Positions 48,512 through 58,551 are shown, counted from the stretch's first letter. The stretch is 64,000 bases of DNA from an uncultured virus (IMG/VR IMGVR_UViG_3300027749_000091) (IMGVR_UViG_3300027749_000091), one strand, 5' to 3'. Made by a program: numbers and translations. The notes: generated by a model not told the origin, from the letters alone.

Positions 48512-51283
48512 TTAGTTTAAAAAGAATGGGCTAACTATAGCCGTTGTTACTGTTCCAGTATTGGTAATTGTAAAAGCATTGGTACTGTTATCAATAATGG
48601 TTGCATTTTGTAATGTTAATAATGAAGTATTGGTAATAGCTGTTAAATTAGCTATTGGTGGAGTAAAGTTAGCTGTATATACAGCAGTTCCATTTACTAA
48701 GCGCATATTAGACACATACCCAGTAAATATTTGCCCTCCACCATCGCCATTTCTATTAAGATTTGCTGTAAAAGTTGAATCAACAATAGACCTATTATCA
48801 CTAGAAGTTCCAATAGAAACACCATTTAAATAAACTGTTGTTGTTCCAGAATTTCTAACCCATGCAAGGTGATACCAAACACCTGTTGATAATGTTGAAC
48901 AGGTATAAGCATTGTTGTAATAAGTTGCGCCAGAATAGTATTCAAGTTTAATAGTGGTTGAATTGTTTATGCTAAAAGCATAGCCATAACTAGAAGAATT
49001 CCATTGATTTAATAAAAATTGAGGGGAACTAAAGCTATTTGAATTAAACCAACATTCATAAGTAAAGTTGTTATTAGCTAAATTAAAAGCCGCATTATCA
49101 GCAATAGTTAAATAATTTGAGCCACTAAAGTTTCCAGCATAAGTTACATTGCCTTTTAAACTTCCACTACTAGTAAATGAATGTATAGTATTTCCACCGC
49201 TTGTAGTTACTGTACCGCCTGAGAATTGTTGGCTACCAGCATAGCTAATGATTACAACACCGCTACCGCCAGCTTTTCCATTAGCACCATTAGCTCCACC
49301 ACCGCCACCACCAGTATTAGCAGTACCAGCAGTTGCTTGACCAACAGCAACAGAACCAGCATTACCACCGCCACCAACACCACCAGAACCTTGTGTTTTG
49401 GTTATAGGGTCATCTGTACTACCGCCACCGCCACCTGCATAAGTAACCGATGAACCTGTTATAGAAGATGCAGAACCAGCGCCTCCATTACCACCGCCAC
49501 CAACAGTTGCATTTACTCCTACTGCCCCAGCGCCACCACCACCACCAGAATTGGTATAAGTTATATTATCGCTTTGACCATTACCGCCAGCATTTCCTTG
49601 TGAAGCAGTACCTGCGCCTCCAGTACCGTTTGCAGCACCACCACCGCCTCCAGAACCACCAGAAGCACCAGATGTTGTGCTACTTCCACCACCTGAACCA
49701 CCGCCAACTGCGGCTGTAGCATAAGCACTAAATGAAGAATTTGATCCATTTGTTCCTCTTGAACCACTTGATGTACTAGCCGCACCGCCAGCACCTACAG
49801 TAACTACATAGGTTGAATTTGTGTCAATGACTACACCCGAACCAGACAATAATCCACCTGCACCACCGCCACCGCCATAACCACCTGCACCACCTCCACC
49901 AGCTACTATTAAATAGCTTGCAGATAAAGAACTAATAGGACTTAGTACACCACTTGTAGTGAATGTGTGGATAGTATTGCCAGCAGCAGTTGTAATAACA
50001 CCACCACCAAATTGTTGTGCGCCTGTGTAGCTGATAATTACAATGCCTGAGCCGCCTGTGCCTGAAGTTCCTTGTAAATTACCTGCGGATGTATATCCAT
50101 TGCCACCGCCACCAGATCCTGTGTTAACAGTTCCAGATATAGCACTTGTTCCGTTTTTTCCACCAGCACCGCCGCCGCCTGTACCACCAATACCATTAGT
50201 ACCAGTACTAGTATATAAATATGCCCCACCACCACCTCCGCCAGCATACGTTACAGCAACGCCAGATATAGAAGAAACTGATCCATTACCACCATAGCCA
50301 CCAGTTGAGGTTCCTGGGGCTGATTGACCTACTTGACCAGCTCCACCGCCTCCGCCACCGCCAAACTGTGAGCCACCACCATTTGAGCTACCAGTACCAC
50401 CAGCATTACCTTGCCCTGAAGTTGCAGCGCCACCAGCGCCACCTGATCCATTATCTCCACCACCGCCACCGCCTGAACCGCCAACATATCCAATATATGG
50501 ACTAGTTCCACCAGCACCAGCACCGCCACCAACTGAAGCAGTTAATCCAGTAACAGATGAAGATGTTCCGTTACTACCATATTGACTAGTAACTCCAGCG
50601 CCACCAGCACCAACTGTGACTGTGTAAGAATTAGCTAAAGATAAAGTAGTTGTATTGGCTTGATAACCGCCCGCACCGCCACCGCCAGTGGAGCCACCAG
50701 AAGCACCACCAGCGACAATAAGATAACTAGCAGTAACACCAGCAACGACTGGGCCAAGCGTATTAGATGTAGCAGGAGTCGAGTTTCCAGCGGCATTTAC
50801 TGCCGTTACATTACAAGTAATATTAGCGCCCGTCTGGGTTGACGTTAGTGTAAAGACATTAGCCGTAGCGTTTGATATGGCGGTTGAATTAGCTAACCAT
50901 TGGTATGCGTAGGACGTTGGGGTATTTGTCCATGTACCCGTAGTAGAAGTTAAGTTAGACCCTACAAAGACATTAGAGCCAGAAATTACAGGGGCGACCG
51001 AATTAACAGGGGCAAAAGTAACAGTAAATACACCCCATGCGTTATTAATATAAGACTCAAAATTAGATATAGAAGTGTTATATCTGAGCATCCCATTGGC
51101 TGCTGTCGGTCTTTGTGCTGTAGTACCCAGTGGAACAACAATAGCGCCCGTTGAAGCGCAGTTAATATTCTGGCTAGTATCTATGGTTATTGCAGTCGTG
51201 TTTGCTGTCTGAAGTTCTAAAATTCCAGAAGTATCAACAGTTTCAACTAAACCTGCTGTAGAGGCGTTAAGTTTAGTAGTCAA
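48512..51283 (-). CDS. Large glycine-rich tail fibre (anchor, Ig-like domain, two Gly-rich modules, LamG-like C-terminus)
   Basis: GTTAQRP..GMLRYNT; APVN.VAPVISG..YAYQW; two ASYLIVAGG...GSG.VIISY modules; NNFTYECWF..WYHLAWVR..YVSNMRL. Likely TTG start at 51283. Confidence 0.8.
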   Translation of the reverse strand: MTTKLNASTAGLVETVDTSGILELQTANTTAITIDTSQNINCASTGAIVVPLGTTAQRPTAANGMLRYNTSISNFESYINNAWGVFTVTFAPVNSVAPVISGSNVFVGSNLTSTTGTWTNTPTSYAYQWLANSTAISNATANVFTLTSTQTGANITCNVTAVNAAGNSTPATSNTLGPVVAGVTASYLIVAGGASGGSTGGGGAGGYQANTTTLSLANSYTVTVGAGGAGVTSQYGSNGTSSSVTGLTASVGGGAGAGGTSPYIGYVGGSGGGGGGDNGSGGAGGAATSGQGNAGGTGSSNGGGSQFGGGGGGGAGQVGQSAPGTSTGGYGGNGSVSSISGVAVTYAGGGGGGAYLYTSTGTNGIGGTGGGGAGGKNGTSAISGTVNTGSGGGGNGYTSAGNLQGTSGTGGSGIVIISYTGAQQFGGGVITTAAGNTIHTFTTSGVLSPISSLSASYLIVAGGGGAGGYGGGGGAGGLLSGSGVVIDTNSTYVVTVGAGGAASTSSGSRGTNGSNSSFSAYATAAVGGGSGGGSSTTSGASGGSGGGGGAANGTGGAGTASQGNAGGNGQSDNITYTNSGGGGGAGAVGVNATVGGGGNGGAGSASSITGSSVTYAGGGGGSTDDPITKTQGSGGVGGGGNAGSVAVGQATAGTANTGGGGGGANGANGKAGGSGVVIISYAGSQQFSGGTVTTSGGNTIHSFTSSGSLKGNVTYAGNFSGSNYLTIADNAAFNLANNNFTYECWFNSNSFSSPQFLLNQWNSSSYGYAFSINNSTTIKLEYYSGATYYNNAYTCSTLSTGVWYHLAWVRNSGTTTVYLNGVSIGTSSDNRSIVDSTFTANLNRNGDGGGQIFTGYVSNMRLVNGTAVYTANFTPPIANLTAITNTSLLTLQNATIIDNSTNAFTITNTGTVTTAIVSPFFLN

Positions 51284-51561
51284 AATACCGCCCAAGAATT
51301 GTTTGCATAGCCTTCTAGCTTTGCGTTTGTTGTGTTATATCTAACCATACCGTTTACTGCTGGGCTGGGTCTTTGTGCAGTTGTACCTGCTGGGATTTTT
51401 ATGGCGCCCGTTGAAGTACAGTTAGCATTTTGATTCTGATCTATAAGTAAGGCAGTTGAGCCATTAGTTTGTAAAGATAGATTTGCCGTACCGTTCGCTG
51501 TTTTAATTAGCGCAGTCCATTGTGTGGCGTTGCCAGCTTGGGCATTTATTGTGCTTGGCAT
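51280..51561 (-). CDS. Stand-alone tail-fibre anchor module (possibly a truncated fibre)
   Basis: IPAGTTAQRP...GMVRYNTT..LEGY..W followed by a stop. Confidence 0.6.
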   Translation of the reverse strand: MPSTINAQAGNATQWTALIKTANGTANLSLQTNGSTALLIDQNQNANCTSTGAIKIPAGTTAQRPSPAVNGMVRYNTTNAKLEGYANNSWAVF

Positions 51562-51564
51562 GGT

Positions 51565-52518
51565 TTACGCCGTATAGCTACCAGAACTAGTGAATTTCAT
51601 AATTGTGTTGCTTCCGCTAGTTGTTACTGTTGGGGATCCTGTAGTAGTTCCTGAATAGTTTGCGGTTGGAACTGAAATAATTACAACGCCTGAACCTCCG
51701 TTTGCACCTGTGTTATATGGACTTCCAGAAGCACCGCCACCTCCGCCACCAGTATTAGCTGTTCCTGCTACAGCGTAACTTGTTCCGTCTAATGCTCCAG
51801 CGCCACCACCGCCATTACCACCAGAAGATGTGCCATATCCTGTATTATTTCCGCCACCGCCACCTCCTGCATAATAAACTGATGAACCTGTAATAGATGA
51901 AGCTAAACCAACACCACCGTTACCAATTACACCAGCAGCGCCAGATGTTCCTACTGCACCAGCACCACCTCCACCACCACCTGGATACGGACCACCAACA
52001 CCGTATCCGTTACCGCCCGCATAACCTTGTCCTGAAGTTCCCGAACCTCCTGTACCGCCCGCATAAGATGCGCCTCCACCAGAACCTCCAGATGCTCCGC
52101 TATTTCCAGCATTTCCGCATCCTCCACCGCCACCACCTATAGCAGTTAACGAATTAAATACTGAATTACTTCCAGAAGCCCCTACTCCACCAGCACTACT
52201 TCCAGTTGCTCCCGCTCCTACGGTAATTGTATAAGTTGTTCCAGCAATTAAAGTTGTAGTGCTAGTTAATAATCCACCAGCACCTCCGCCACCTGAGTTG
52301 TTATAACCGCCACCTGCACCACCACCAGCAACAATTAAATATGAAGCCGTATATTGACCTTGATTAACTGGAATAACCCAAGCAGTACCGTTATAAGTTT
52401 CTAATGCGCCTAATGATGTATTCCAGCCAGTTTGACCAGTTGCGGGTGAGCTAGGTCTACCTGCTGTAGTCCAAGTCGGAAAGGTGACTCCTGCTGTTCC
52501 TGCAATAATGGCGGTCAT
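51565..52518 (-). CDS. Glycine-rich tail fibre protein
   Basis: WTTAGRPSSPATGQ.G.NT; ASYLIVAGG...GSGVVIISVPT..FTSSGSYTA. Confidence 0.8.
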   Translation of the reverse strand: MTAIIAGTAGVTFPTWTTAGRPSSPATGQTGWNTSLGALETYNGTAWVIPVNQGQYTASYLIVAGGGAGGGYNNSGGGGAGGLLTSTTTLIAGTTYTITVGAGATGSSAGGVGASGSNSVFNSLTAIGGGGGGCGNAGNSGASGGSGGGASYAGGTGGSGTSGQGYAGGNGYGVGGPYPGGGGGGAGAVGTSGAAGVIGNGGVGLASSITGSSVYYAGGGGGGNNTGYGTSSGGNGGGGAGALDGTSYAVAGTANTGGGGGGASGSPYNTGANGGSGVVIISVPTANYSGTTTGSPTVTTSGSNTIMKFTSSGSYTA

Positions 52519-52519
52519 A

Positions 52520-52885
52520 TTAAGCCTCTACTACTTCAACCCAAGCCGTTGTTGGCTCATTCCATTGATACTGTCCGTCTGGCTTTGGTGTTGGTGCTTC
52601 CCATGACCATGTAGTATCGTTTAGTTTCCAGCTTGAGAAAGGTTTTGGTGCAATGAAAACGTCATTGATATAGTCGTAAGAATAACCAATACCAGCGTAA
52701 TTTCCTCTTAGAGCAACGCCACCGTCTTCTTGACCGTCTTGACCATAGTGCTTATTACCTCTTGTATTGTAAGAAGTTTGCAGCCACTGACCTGGACTAG
52801 AATCCACGAAGTTGTTAAAAAAATCGGCTTCAGCCACAATAACTTGTGTAACTTTACCGTCTACTACTTTTGCATAATGGCTCAT
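52520..52885 (-). CDS. Small partner protein of Gly-rich fibres
   Basis: MSHYAKVVDG.VTQVIV...WLQTSYN..RGNYAGIGY.YD..DVFIAPKPF.SW. Confidence 0.65.
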   Translation of the reverse strand: MSHYAKVVDGKVTQVIVAEADFFNNFVDSSPGQWLQTSYNTRGNKHYGQDGQEDGGVALRGNYAGIGYSYDYINDVFIAPKPFSSWKLNDTTWSWEAPTPKPDGQYQWNEPTTAWVEVVEA

Positions 52886-52899
52886 TAGAATCTCCTTTG

Positions 52900-54084
52900 T
52901 TAAGCCGTGTAAGAACCACTTGATGTAAATTTTATAATGGTATTGCTACCTGAAGTTGTAATGGTAGGTGAACCTGTTGTAGTTCCTGAATAGTTAGTTG
53001 TTGGAACTGATAAGATTACAACACCACTTCCGCCAGCGCCAGCAGCCGTAGTTCCTGTGCCATTTTGCCCTCCACCTCCACCACCTCCAAGATTTGTTGT
53101 TCCAGAAGTTCCGCCATAAGTGCTATAAAGTGAGCCATTACCGCCACCTCCCGAACCACCAGTTCCAGCAGTACCATATCCAGAACCGCCACCACCGCCA
53201 GCATAGGTTATGGATGAACCTGTAATAGATGAAGCGTTTCCTGCTCCACCATTACCTCCAACAGAACCAGGATTTCCTCCAGAAGCGTTACCGCCTACAG
53301 CAGAAGCACCACCACCGCCAGCAGCTCCAGCAACAGAGCCTGAACCGCCATTATTACCTTGACCAGCAGTTCCAGAACCAAAAGTTGTAGCTCCAGCACT
53401 ACTTGGAGCACCACCTCCAGAACCTCCACTTAAACCGCTAGCAGGACTTGTACTGCCACCACCACCTCCGCCACCACCTACCGCAATAGTTAGTCCAGTG
53501 ATAGATGAATTTGAACCAGAAGAACCCGTAGCTCCAGCAGAAGCTGCCGCCGCACCGCCGCCGCCGACTGTAACTGAGTAATTAGTTCCAGTAGTTAAAG
53601 TAGTTGTGCTTGTTAAAAAACCACCTGCACCTCCGCCTCCGCCTGTGCCACTATAATAATCTTCTCTACCACCGCCTCCGCCACCCGCCACAACAAGATA
53701 AGAAGCTGAATATCCTTGAGAAGTTAATGTTACCCAAGCAACCCCAGAATAAACTTCAGTTGCATTATTGCTTGTGTTATATCTAAATGTGCCTGCTGCT
53801 GGACTGGCTGGTCGTTGAGCATCTGTCCCCCTTGGAACAATTAATCCGCCTGTAGTGGCGTTCATATTAATGGTGCCGTTTGAAGCGGTAGAAGTAATAA
53901 TTACATTGCTAGATGAGGTAATGTTTGAAAGAGAAACAGAACCAGCAAAAGTAGCCGTCTGGGCATTATCTAAAGTAAGCGCAGTTGTATTTGCTCCGCT
54001 AGTCGTGAAGATAAGATTACCAGTTGTATCGCCAGAGATTTTAATAGAAGTAGTAACAGTGTTACCAGAAGCAATATAGCTCAT
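52900..54084 (-). CDS. Glycine-rich tail fibre protein
   Basis: GTDAQRP..GTFRYNT; ASYLVVAGG...FTSSGSYTA. Start taken at MSYIASG. Confidence 0.78.
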   Translation of the reverse strand: MSYIASGNTVTTSIKISGDTTGNLIFTTSGANTTALTLDNAQTATFAGSVSLSNITSSSNVIITSTASNGTINMNATTGGLIVPRGTDAQRPASPAAGTFRYNTSNNATEVYSGVAWVTLTSQGYSASYLVVAGGGGGGREDYYSGTGGGGGAGGFLTSTTTLTTGTNYSVTVGGGGAAAASAGATGSSGSNSSITGLTIAVGGGGGGGGSTSPASGLSGGSGGGAPSSAGATTFGSGTAGQGNNGGSGSVAGAAGGGGASAVGGNASGGNPGSVGGNGGAGNASSITGSSITYAGGGGGSGYGTAGTGGSGGGGNGSLYSTYGGTSGTTNLGGGGGGGQNGTGTTAAGAGGSGVVILSVPTTNYSGTTTGSPTITTSGSNTIIKFTSSGSYTA

Positions 54085-54545
54085 ATCACCGTCCAACTTT
54101 GTCCGCTAGCAATCGTAACTGATACGTTGTTTGCCGTTGTTATTGGGCCTACAGAGAAGCCATTTGTGCCTGTAGCAATCGTATAGTTTGCCGTTGCCGT
54201 AGTCTGATTTACTAGAATTGCCTGTCCTGCTCCACCCAAAGCGGAGGTCTCTGCGGGCATTGTAATAAATACATCATGTATAGCGTTAGTAAAATTAACT
54301 ACTGCGTTTGCATTGCTTGAAGAAATAATGGTCGTGCGGGCGAGAGAAACGTTACCCGTATAGTAAGTCCCGATTCCAACTTCCCAGTTTGTTCCAATTT
54401 GGTCTGCAATCGTGTAATAAGTCGTGTTTGCATTTCCCAAGACGGCAAAAGATTGGTAGCCTGTAGCAGCTCCCAAAAGGACAATAGTCCCCGTACCAGC
54501 AGTAGTGCTGGTTTCCTTCACCCGATCGTATAACCCAAGAGCCAT
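54081..54545 (-). CDS. Structural (appendage) protein
   Basis: DRVKETSTT.GTGT..L.GA..GYQSF, WEVGIGTY. Confidence 0.6.
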   Translation of the reverse strand: MALGLYDRVKETSTTAGTGTIVLLGAATGYQSFAVLGNANTTYYTIADQIGTNWEVGIGTYYTGNVSLARTTIISSSNANAVVNFTNAIHDVFITMPAETSALGGAGQAILVNQTTATANYTIATGTNGFSVGPITTANNVSVTIASGQSWTVI

Positions 54546-54554
54546 TTAAAGCTC

Positions 54555-54989
54555 CTATGCTATACGGATAATTGCGTTCGTAGAATCAGCGGTTGGGAAG
54601 ATAATCGAAAATGTGCCGTTAGTAGCAGTTTTATCGCCACCAAAAGCCAAGACCGCAACAGCAGTATTCGCAGTAGAGTTATAAATCAACGCACCGTTAG
54701 CTGTGATATTCGCATTAGTCCAAGAGCTATTCGCAAACGACATAAACGCTACGTTACCAGTAGAGGTAGGGCTTGTACTAATCGTTAGTGTATTACCACC
54801 AGCGGTGTAGTTTGAGCTAGAGCTAGTCTGCTCATTTAAAGTCGTATACGCAGTTGTTGCGTTTGATAGGGTTGCTGAACTAGTATACAAAGCAATCTTA
54901 TATACGGGTGTTGCACCTGATGTTAAATTTTGTTGACCGGCAAGGATTTGTACCTTGAACGAATCACACATTGCTTGTGTAATAGCCAT
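54555..54989 (-). CDS. Structural (appendage) protein
   Basis: MAITQAMCDSFK..KIALYTS..GALIYN..VL.FG.DKT. Confidence 0.6.
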   Translation of the reverse strand: MAITQAMCDSFKVQILAGQQNLTSGATPVYKIALYTSSATLSNATTAYTTLNEQTSSSSNYTAGGNTLTISTSPTSTGNVAFMSFANSSWTNANITANGALIYNSTANTAVAVLAFGGDKTATNGTFSIIFPTADSTNAIIRIA

Positions 54990-55025
54990 ACTATGCTCCT
55001 AAAAAAGTTGATTTTACTACGGTTT

Positions 55026-55715
55026 TCATGGGTTGACCTTGATTTTAGCTTGTCCATCTCTATAGGCATCGCCTCTTTCAAGCCCTGTACCCAAGCGGTT
55101 CAGTTGCTGCATTGCTTCTTGGTACTTGGTGTTGTACATTGCTAGCAAATCTGGCTCACCCTTCATGTAAGTATAAGCCTCTACCAAACTACCATACAAC
55201 AATGCGGGCGAGTAATTATCACCTAACCAAGACGTACCAGCATCCACAATTGAGGTTGGATAATAGAAGTAATGAAGTTCAACGCCGTAGTTAGCGTCTG
55301 GCTTTGGGCCAAGCATAAAGGCTAATTCATTAGGATCATTCAATCTAGAGCCAAAAAGAGCGTAGTAACGGGGTAGTCCTGTTGCTGTTGGTTCCGGATA
55401 TGATTCACGAATGAAGTTCACATCTTTGTTTAAAAGGTAGGTATAAGAGCCATCAGATCCAATTACCGCCATTGAATAGGTAGATAAGTAGTCGTTAGGA
55501 CATCCTAGATAGACCGTGGTAGAAGAACAATTACCCGTAACGTTTTTCCGCAAAGAAGGTATCTGCACCGTATTATAGATGCGAGCTTCTGCCTGCTGAA
55601 TGAAGGTATTAATCTGCGTTGTATAGCTGACTGTACTTCCATTGGCAAGATACGTAGCCGGAAATTGGTTCTCCGTATACGATTGGATCTGCGAAAAAAG
55701 ATCGTTATAGTTCAT
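55026..55715 (-). CDS. Head-tail adaptor-like protein
   Basis: FIQQAEARI, G.PRYY, GPKPD..Y, LLYGSLVEA..YMK. Confidence 0.65.
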   Translation of the reverse strand: MNYNDLFSQIQSYTENQFPATYLANGSTVSYTTQINTFIQQAEARIYNTVQIPSLRKNVTGNCSSTTVYLGCPNDYLSTYSMAVIGSDGSYTYLLNKDVNFIRESYPEPTATGLPRYYALFGSRLNDPNELAFMLGPKPDANYGVELHYFYYPTSIVDAGTSWLGDNYSPALLYGSLVEAYTYMKGEPDLLAMYNTKYQEAMQQLNRLGTGLERGDAYRDGQAKIKVNP

Positions 55716-56154
55716 TAGCCCATTGGTCCTCTGGACATTACGCCTTTAGTAGCCGCACCAGTACCACGGATCTTAATGCCAGAAGTTTTTACTTCATCGT
55801 TCTGTGCCTTAAATACTCCGCCTACAGACATTTTAATTTCGTCTACGCCGTTGCCAGCCTTAACTACGGCAGCCTTTTCGCTTACTGGTCCACCACTCAT
55901 GGTGTGTGGTTTAGCATATACAGCAGCCGCACCAACTTCTTTGCCCATTTTTTTTTCGCTAAATTTAGCCATTATCGACCTCTTTGATTTGCGGCACGAG
56001 CCATATTACGACCCATAGCTTTCATGTTTTTGTTTAAGCTACTTTTGCTGGCTTTTGGGCCGCTCAAAATAACATTCTTACCATCGTTTGGAAATACCTG
56101 AGCATCAGTTTTACCTGTCTTAGTTACTCCGTCTGCTGCTTTTTTATATCCCAT
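55715..56154 (-). other. Two small basic proteins (55715-55972, 55972-56154)
   Basis: Lys/Gly-rich and coupled. Confidence 0.55.
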
Positions 56155-56163
56155 GTCCTACTC

Positions 56164-56592
56164 CTAAGTTATGCTAATTGTTACACTACCTACCTGCCCA
56201 TAGCCTTTTAAATCGTCTGGCGTTAGGGGATTATCAAATAATTTTGATCCACCAACTGGATTCCAATTCCACTGAAACACCCTACTACCCATATCTGGTT
56301 CACCAAACCCATAAACCCCGGTGCCACCGTTAATATTAATCTGCAACCCGTTAGTACCTGACTGCTGATAACTTACATCTGGTCTTGGATCCCGTACTGC
56401 TTGTGGATCATCGACCGGGTACATACCTAATTGCAACTGCGGCTGGTCTGGGTCCCAACAGCTTGGACATACCTTGATATTATATAGTTTAGTTTTGAGT
56501 ACTTGCTTTTTTAATTCCTTTAGCTTGAACTGTTGTCCACAACGATCACAGATTGAAATTGCCCATTTCCCGCTTGCGTATTTAGAGGGCAT
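56164..56592 (-). CDS. Zn-finger hypothetical protein
   Basis: CDRC...CPSCWDPDQPQL. Confidence 0.65.
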   Translation of the reverse strand: MPSKYASGKWAISICDRCGQQFKLKELKKQVLKTKLYNIKVCPSCWDPDQPQLQLGMYPVDDPQAVRDPRPDVSYQQSGTNGLQININGGTGVYGFGEPDMGSRVFQWNWNPVGGSKLFDNPLTPDDLKGYGQVGSVTISIT

Positions 56593-57250
56593 TTAGATCA
56601 CCTATACATTCTGGGTATCGCCTCGCATATTCTGTTGTCCAGCTAGTTCCATAGTTACGTTTCATGTTTGATATTCTACCTGCTTTGCGCCGATTTTCTA
56701 CTTGTTCTGGGGTACATTTATGCCCTTTGTTGAAAGCTTTTCCTTTTCTTGCGGCAACTGCATTTGCCCTATATTCTGGTGTAGCCCACAGTTTTTTAGT
56801 TCTTTCTGAGCGTTTTATTTTTTCTCCATCAGTCATTGATTCTTGAATGGCTTTGGTTACTTTTGCTCTATATTCCTGCTCAGACCACAGCCTAACGGAT
56901 GCTTTTCCTACTTTAATTTTATGCTCATTGGAAATTGTAGAGCCAAGCGGAATTCCTGCATAGGCGCTTTTTGACTGGTTATATTTAGGATTTAATTTTT
57001 TCATAGCTAGCTGTTCATAATCGCGCATTTTTTCAGGAGAACAAACTAATAAAACCTTAAATTCAAACGCACTTTTTCCATATTTAGTCCAAGCATTTTG
57101 TAAATAACTATTTTGATGACTTTGGTTATTTAGTGCTGACATATGCTGTTTATATCTTTTATTAATTTTTTTAGATGAGCCAATATACTCATTACCAGAC
57201 TCAATATGTCTAATAACGTAAACGCCAGAGTTTTCTAGTCCAGTAAACAT
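56582..57250 (-). CDS. Free-standing GIY-YIG homing endonuclease
   Basis: SGVYVI......YIGSS....RY.QH, H.N.YLQNAW.KYG..F.F, YN. Start taken at MFTG. Confidence 0.88.
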   Translation of the reverse strand: MFTGLENSGVYVIRHIESGNEYIGSSKKINKRYKQHMSALNNQSHQNSYLQNAWTKYGKSAFEFKVLLVCSPEKMRDYEQLAMKKLNPKYNQSKSAYAGIPLGSTISNEHKIKVGKASVRLWSEQEYRAKVTKAIQESMTDGEKIKRSERTKKLWATPEYRANAVAARKGKAFNKGHKCTPEQVENRRKAGRISNMKRNYGTSWTTEYARRYPECIGDLNAL

Positions 57251-57251
57251 A

Positions 57252-58172
57252 TCAATAAAACATCTGTCTTGGTACAAATCTAATCGCAGCCTTTTCACGG
57301 TCTTCATCAGCCGCTAATTGAAACTGCTGCTCATAATCCGCCTTTAATGCCATTACTCTATTTGGGTCTACTTCTGGCTTTTTCATAGCAATATAGTATG
57401 CTAATCCTGCAACCATGCAAGGTAAAAAACGAAAAGGAATGTCTTGTTCTGTAACACCATTACCGGCATCTTGAAGTCGTCTTAATCTCCAGTACACAAA
57501 CATATACTGACTTCCCGGTGAATTCGGTGTAGGCCAGACATTAATGCTAGGTAGGTTAGACGTATAAACTGTTGTAGTTACTAAATGACTAGTTGCTGTA
57601 GTACCGTTTTGGCCCCTAGCGCAGTTAATTAGTTGGTTTCCGCTAACGTTGGCGTAGTAAATTGTTTCTGTGTTTAAATTAATAAACCCATTAGAAGCTA
57701 CTTGTGTTGCATCACTTACATCAATAGTAGTTGCTGAGGAGGTTATATTAGCCGTTAAAACAGCCGTGGTAGGGTTTGTTTGGCCTGTCTGACGGTTGAT
57801 CCACACTTGTATCGGACGGCCCTGTGTAAGCTTATTTGGCAGTGTTGAATAGGTAGACTCAGAAATACGGGTAATGTTAATGTCAATCTGATTAGATGTG
57901 CCGTTGTTTGTACGGATTACTTGGTCTAATAGGTCAATGGTATCAACAGGAAACGGATAAGCGGCTTGCCCAGTAACCATAGGGATTTGGCCTTGCTCAA
58001 TAGTCCAGAGATTAATGCCCCGGTTTGCCCATTCAATTGTTAATAAATTTAAAGACCTACGGGCGGTACGCATGTCATAACCCGTGCGCAGCTCTAAGCC
58101 AGCCCGCTCAAATGCCTCTTCAACTAAGTCGTTGAGGTCTAGGTTAAATGCATTAGTACCTGTTGTTGTCAT
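57252..58172 (-). CDS. Head-tail connector / tail tubular protein A-like
   Basis: EEAFER.G..R.GYD.RTARRSLNLL..EWANRG.NLW, WPTP, P.RFLPC.VAGLAYY. Confidence 0.65.
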   Translation of the reverse strand: MTTTGTNAFNLDLNDLVEEAFERAGLELRTGYDMRTARRSLNLLTIEWANRGINLWTIEQGQIPMVTGQAAYPFPVDTIDLLDQVIRTNNGTSNQIDINITRISESTYSTLPNKLTQGRPIQVWINRQTGQTNPTTAVLTANITSSATTIDVSDATQVASNGFINLNTETIYYANVSGNQLINCARGQNGTTATSHLVTTTVYTSNLPSINVWPTPNSPGSQYMFVYWRLRRLQDAGNGVTEQDIPFRFLPCMVAGLAYYIAMKKPEVDPNRVMALKADYEQQFQLAADEDREKAAIRFVPRQMFY

Positions 58173-58378
58173 AGTGCTGAGGCTGCTTTCATTGCGTTAA
58201 GTTCCGCAGTTAGTCTTGCTATTTCTTCATCTCTCTCGTCTAATTTTCTCATTAGCCCGGAGTTCATATCTGCCCAAAGTACCATATCCTTCATGCGCTC
58301 TTTGTGGTCATCAAACATAACTTTAAATAACTTATCAGAAGCTTCCATCTGACGGTCAATAAAATCTTCAGGTTTCAT
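58169..58378 (-). CDS. Small coiled-coil hypothetical protein
   Basis: 69-aa ORF coupled to both neighbours. Confidence 0.5.
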   Translation of the reverse strand: MKPEDFIDRQMEASDKLFKVMFDDHKERMKDMVLWADMNSGLMRKLDERDEEIARLTAELNAMKAASAL

Positions 58379-58551
58379 TTTAAGCCTTTTAATGTCTCCG
58401 CTAATCTAGCACGTTTGCCTAATTTACCGGGTTTCTTTGCCGCAGCAGCCAGTTTGCTTTCCGGAATTGGTTTACCAGCTTTAGCGCCAAGCGCCTTACG
58501 CAGTGATCCGGGTTTCTTAATTGCGTCTTGAATCCAGTTTTTAGTAGCCAT
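58375..58551 (-). CDS. Small basic protein (58 aa; absent from ORF track)
   Basis: MATKNWIQDAIKKPGSLRKALG...KRARLAETLKGLK. Confidence 0.65.
   Translation of the reverse strand: MATKNWIQDAIKKPGSLRKALGAKAGKPIPESKLAAAAKKPGKLGKRARLAETLKGLK

Noticed and set aside
48512..54084. Diversity-generating retroelement behind the repeated fibre C-termini
   Set aside because: No reverse transcriptase, and differences between repeats are not adenine-specific.
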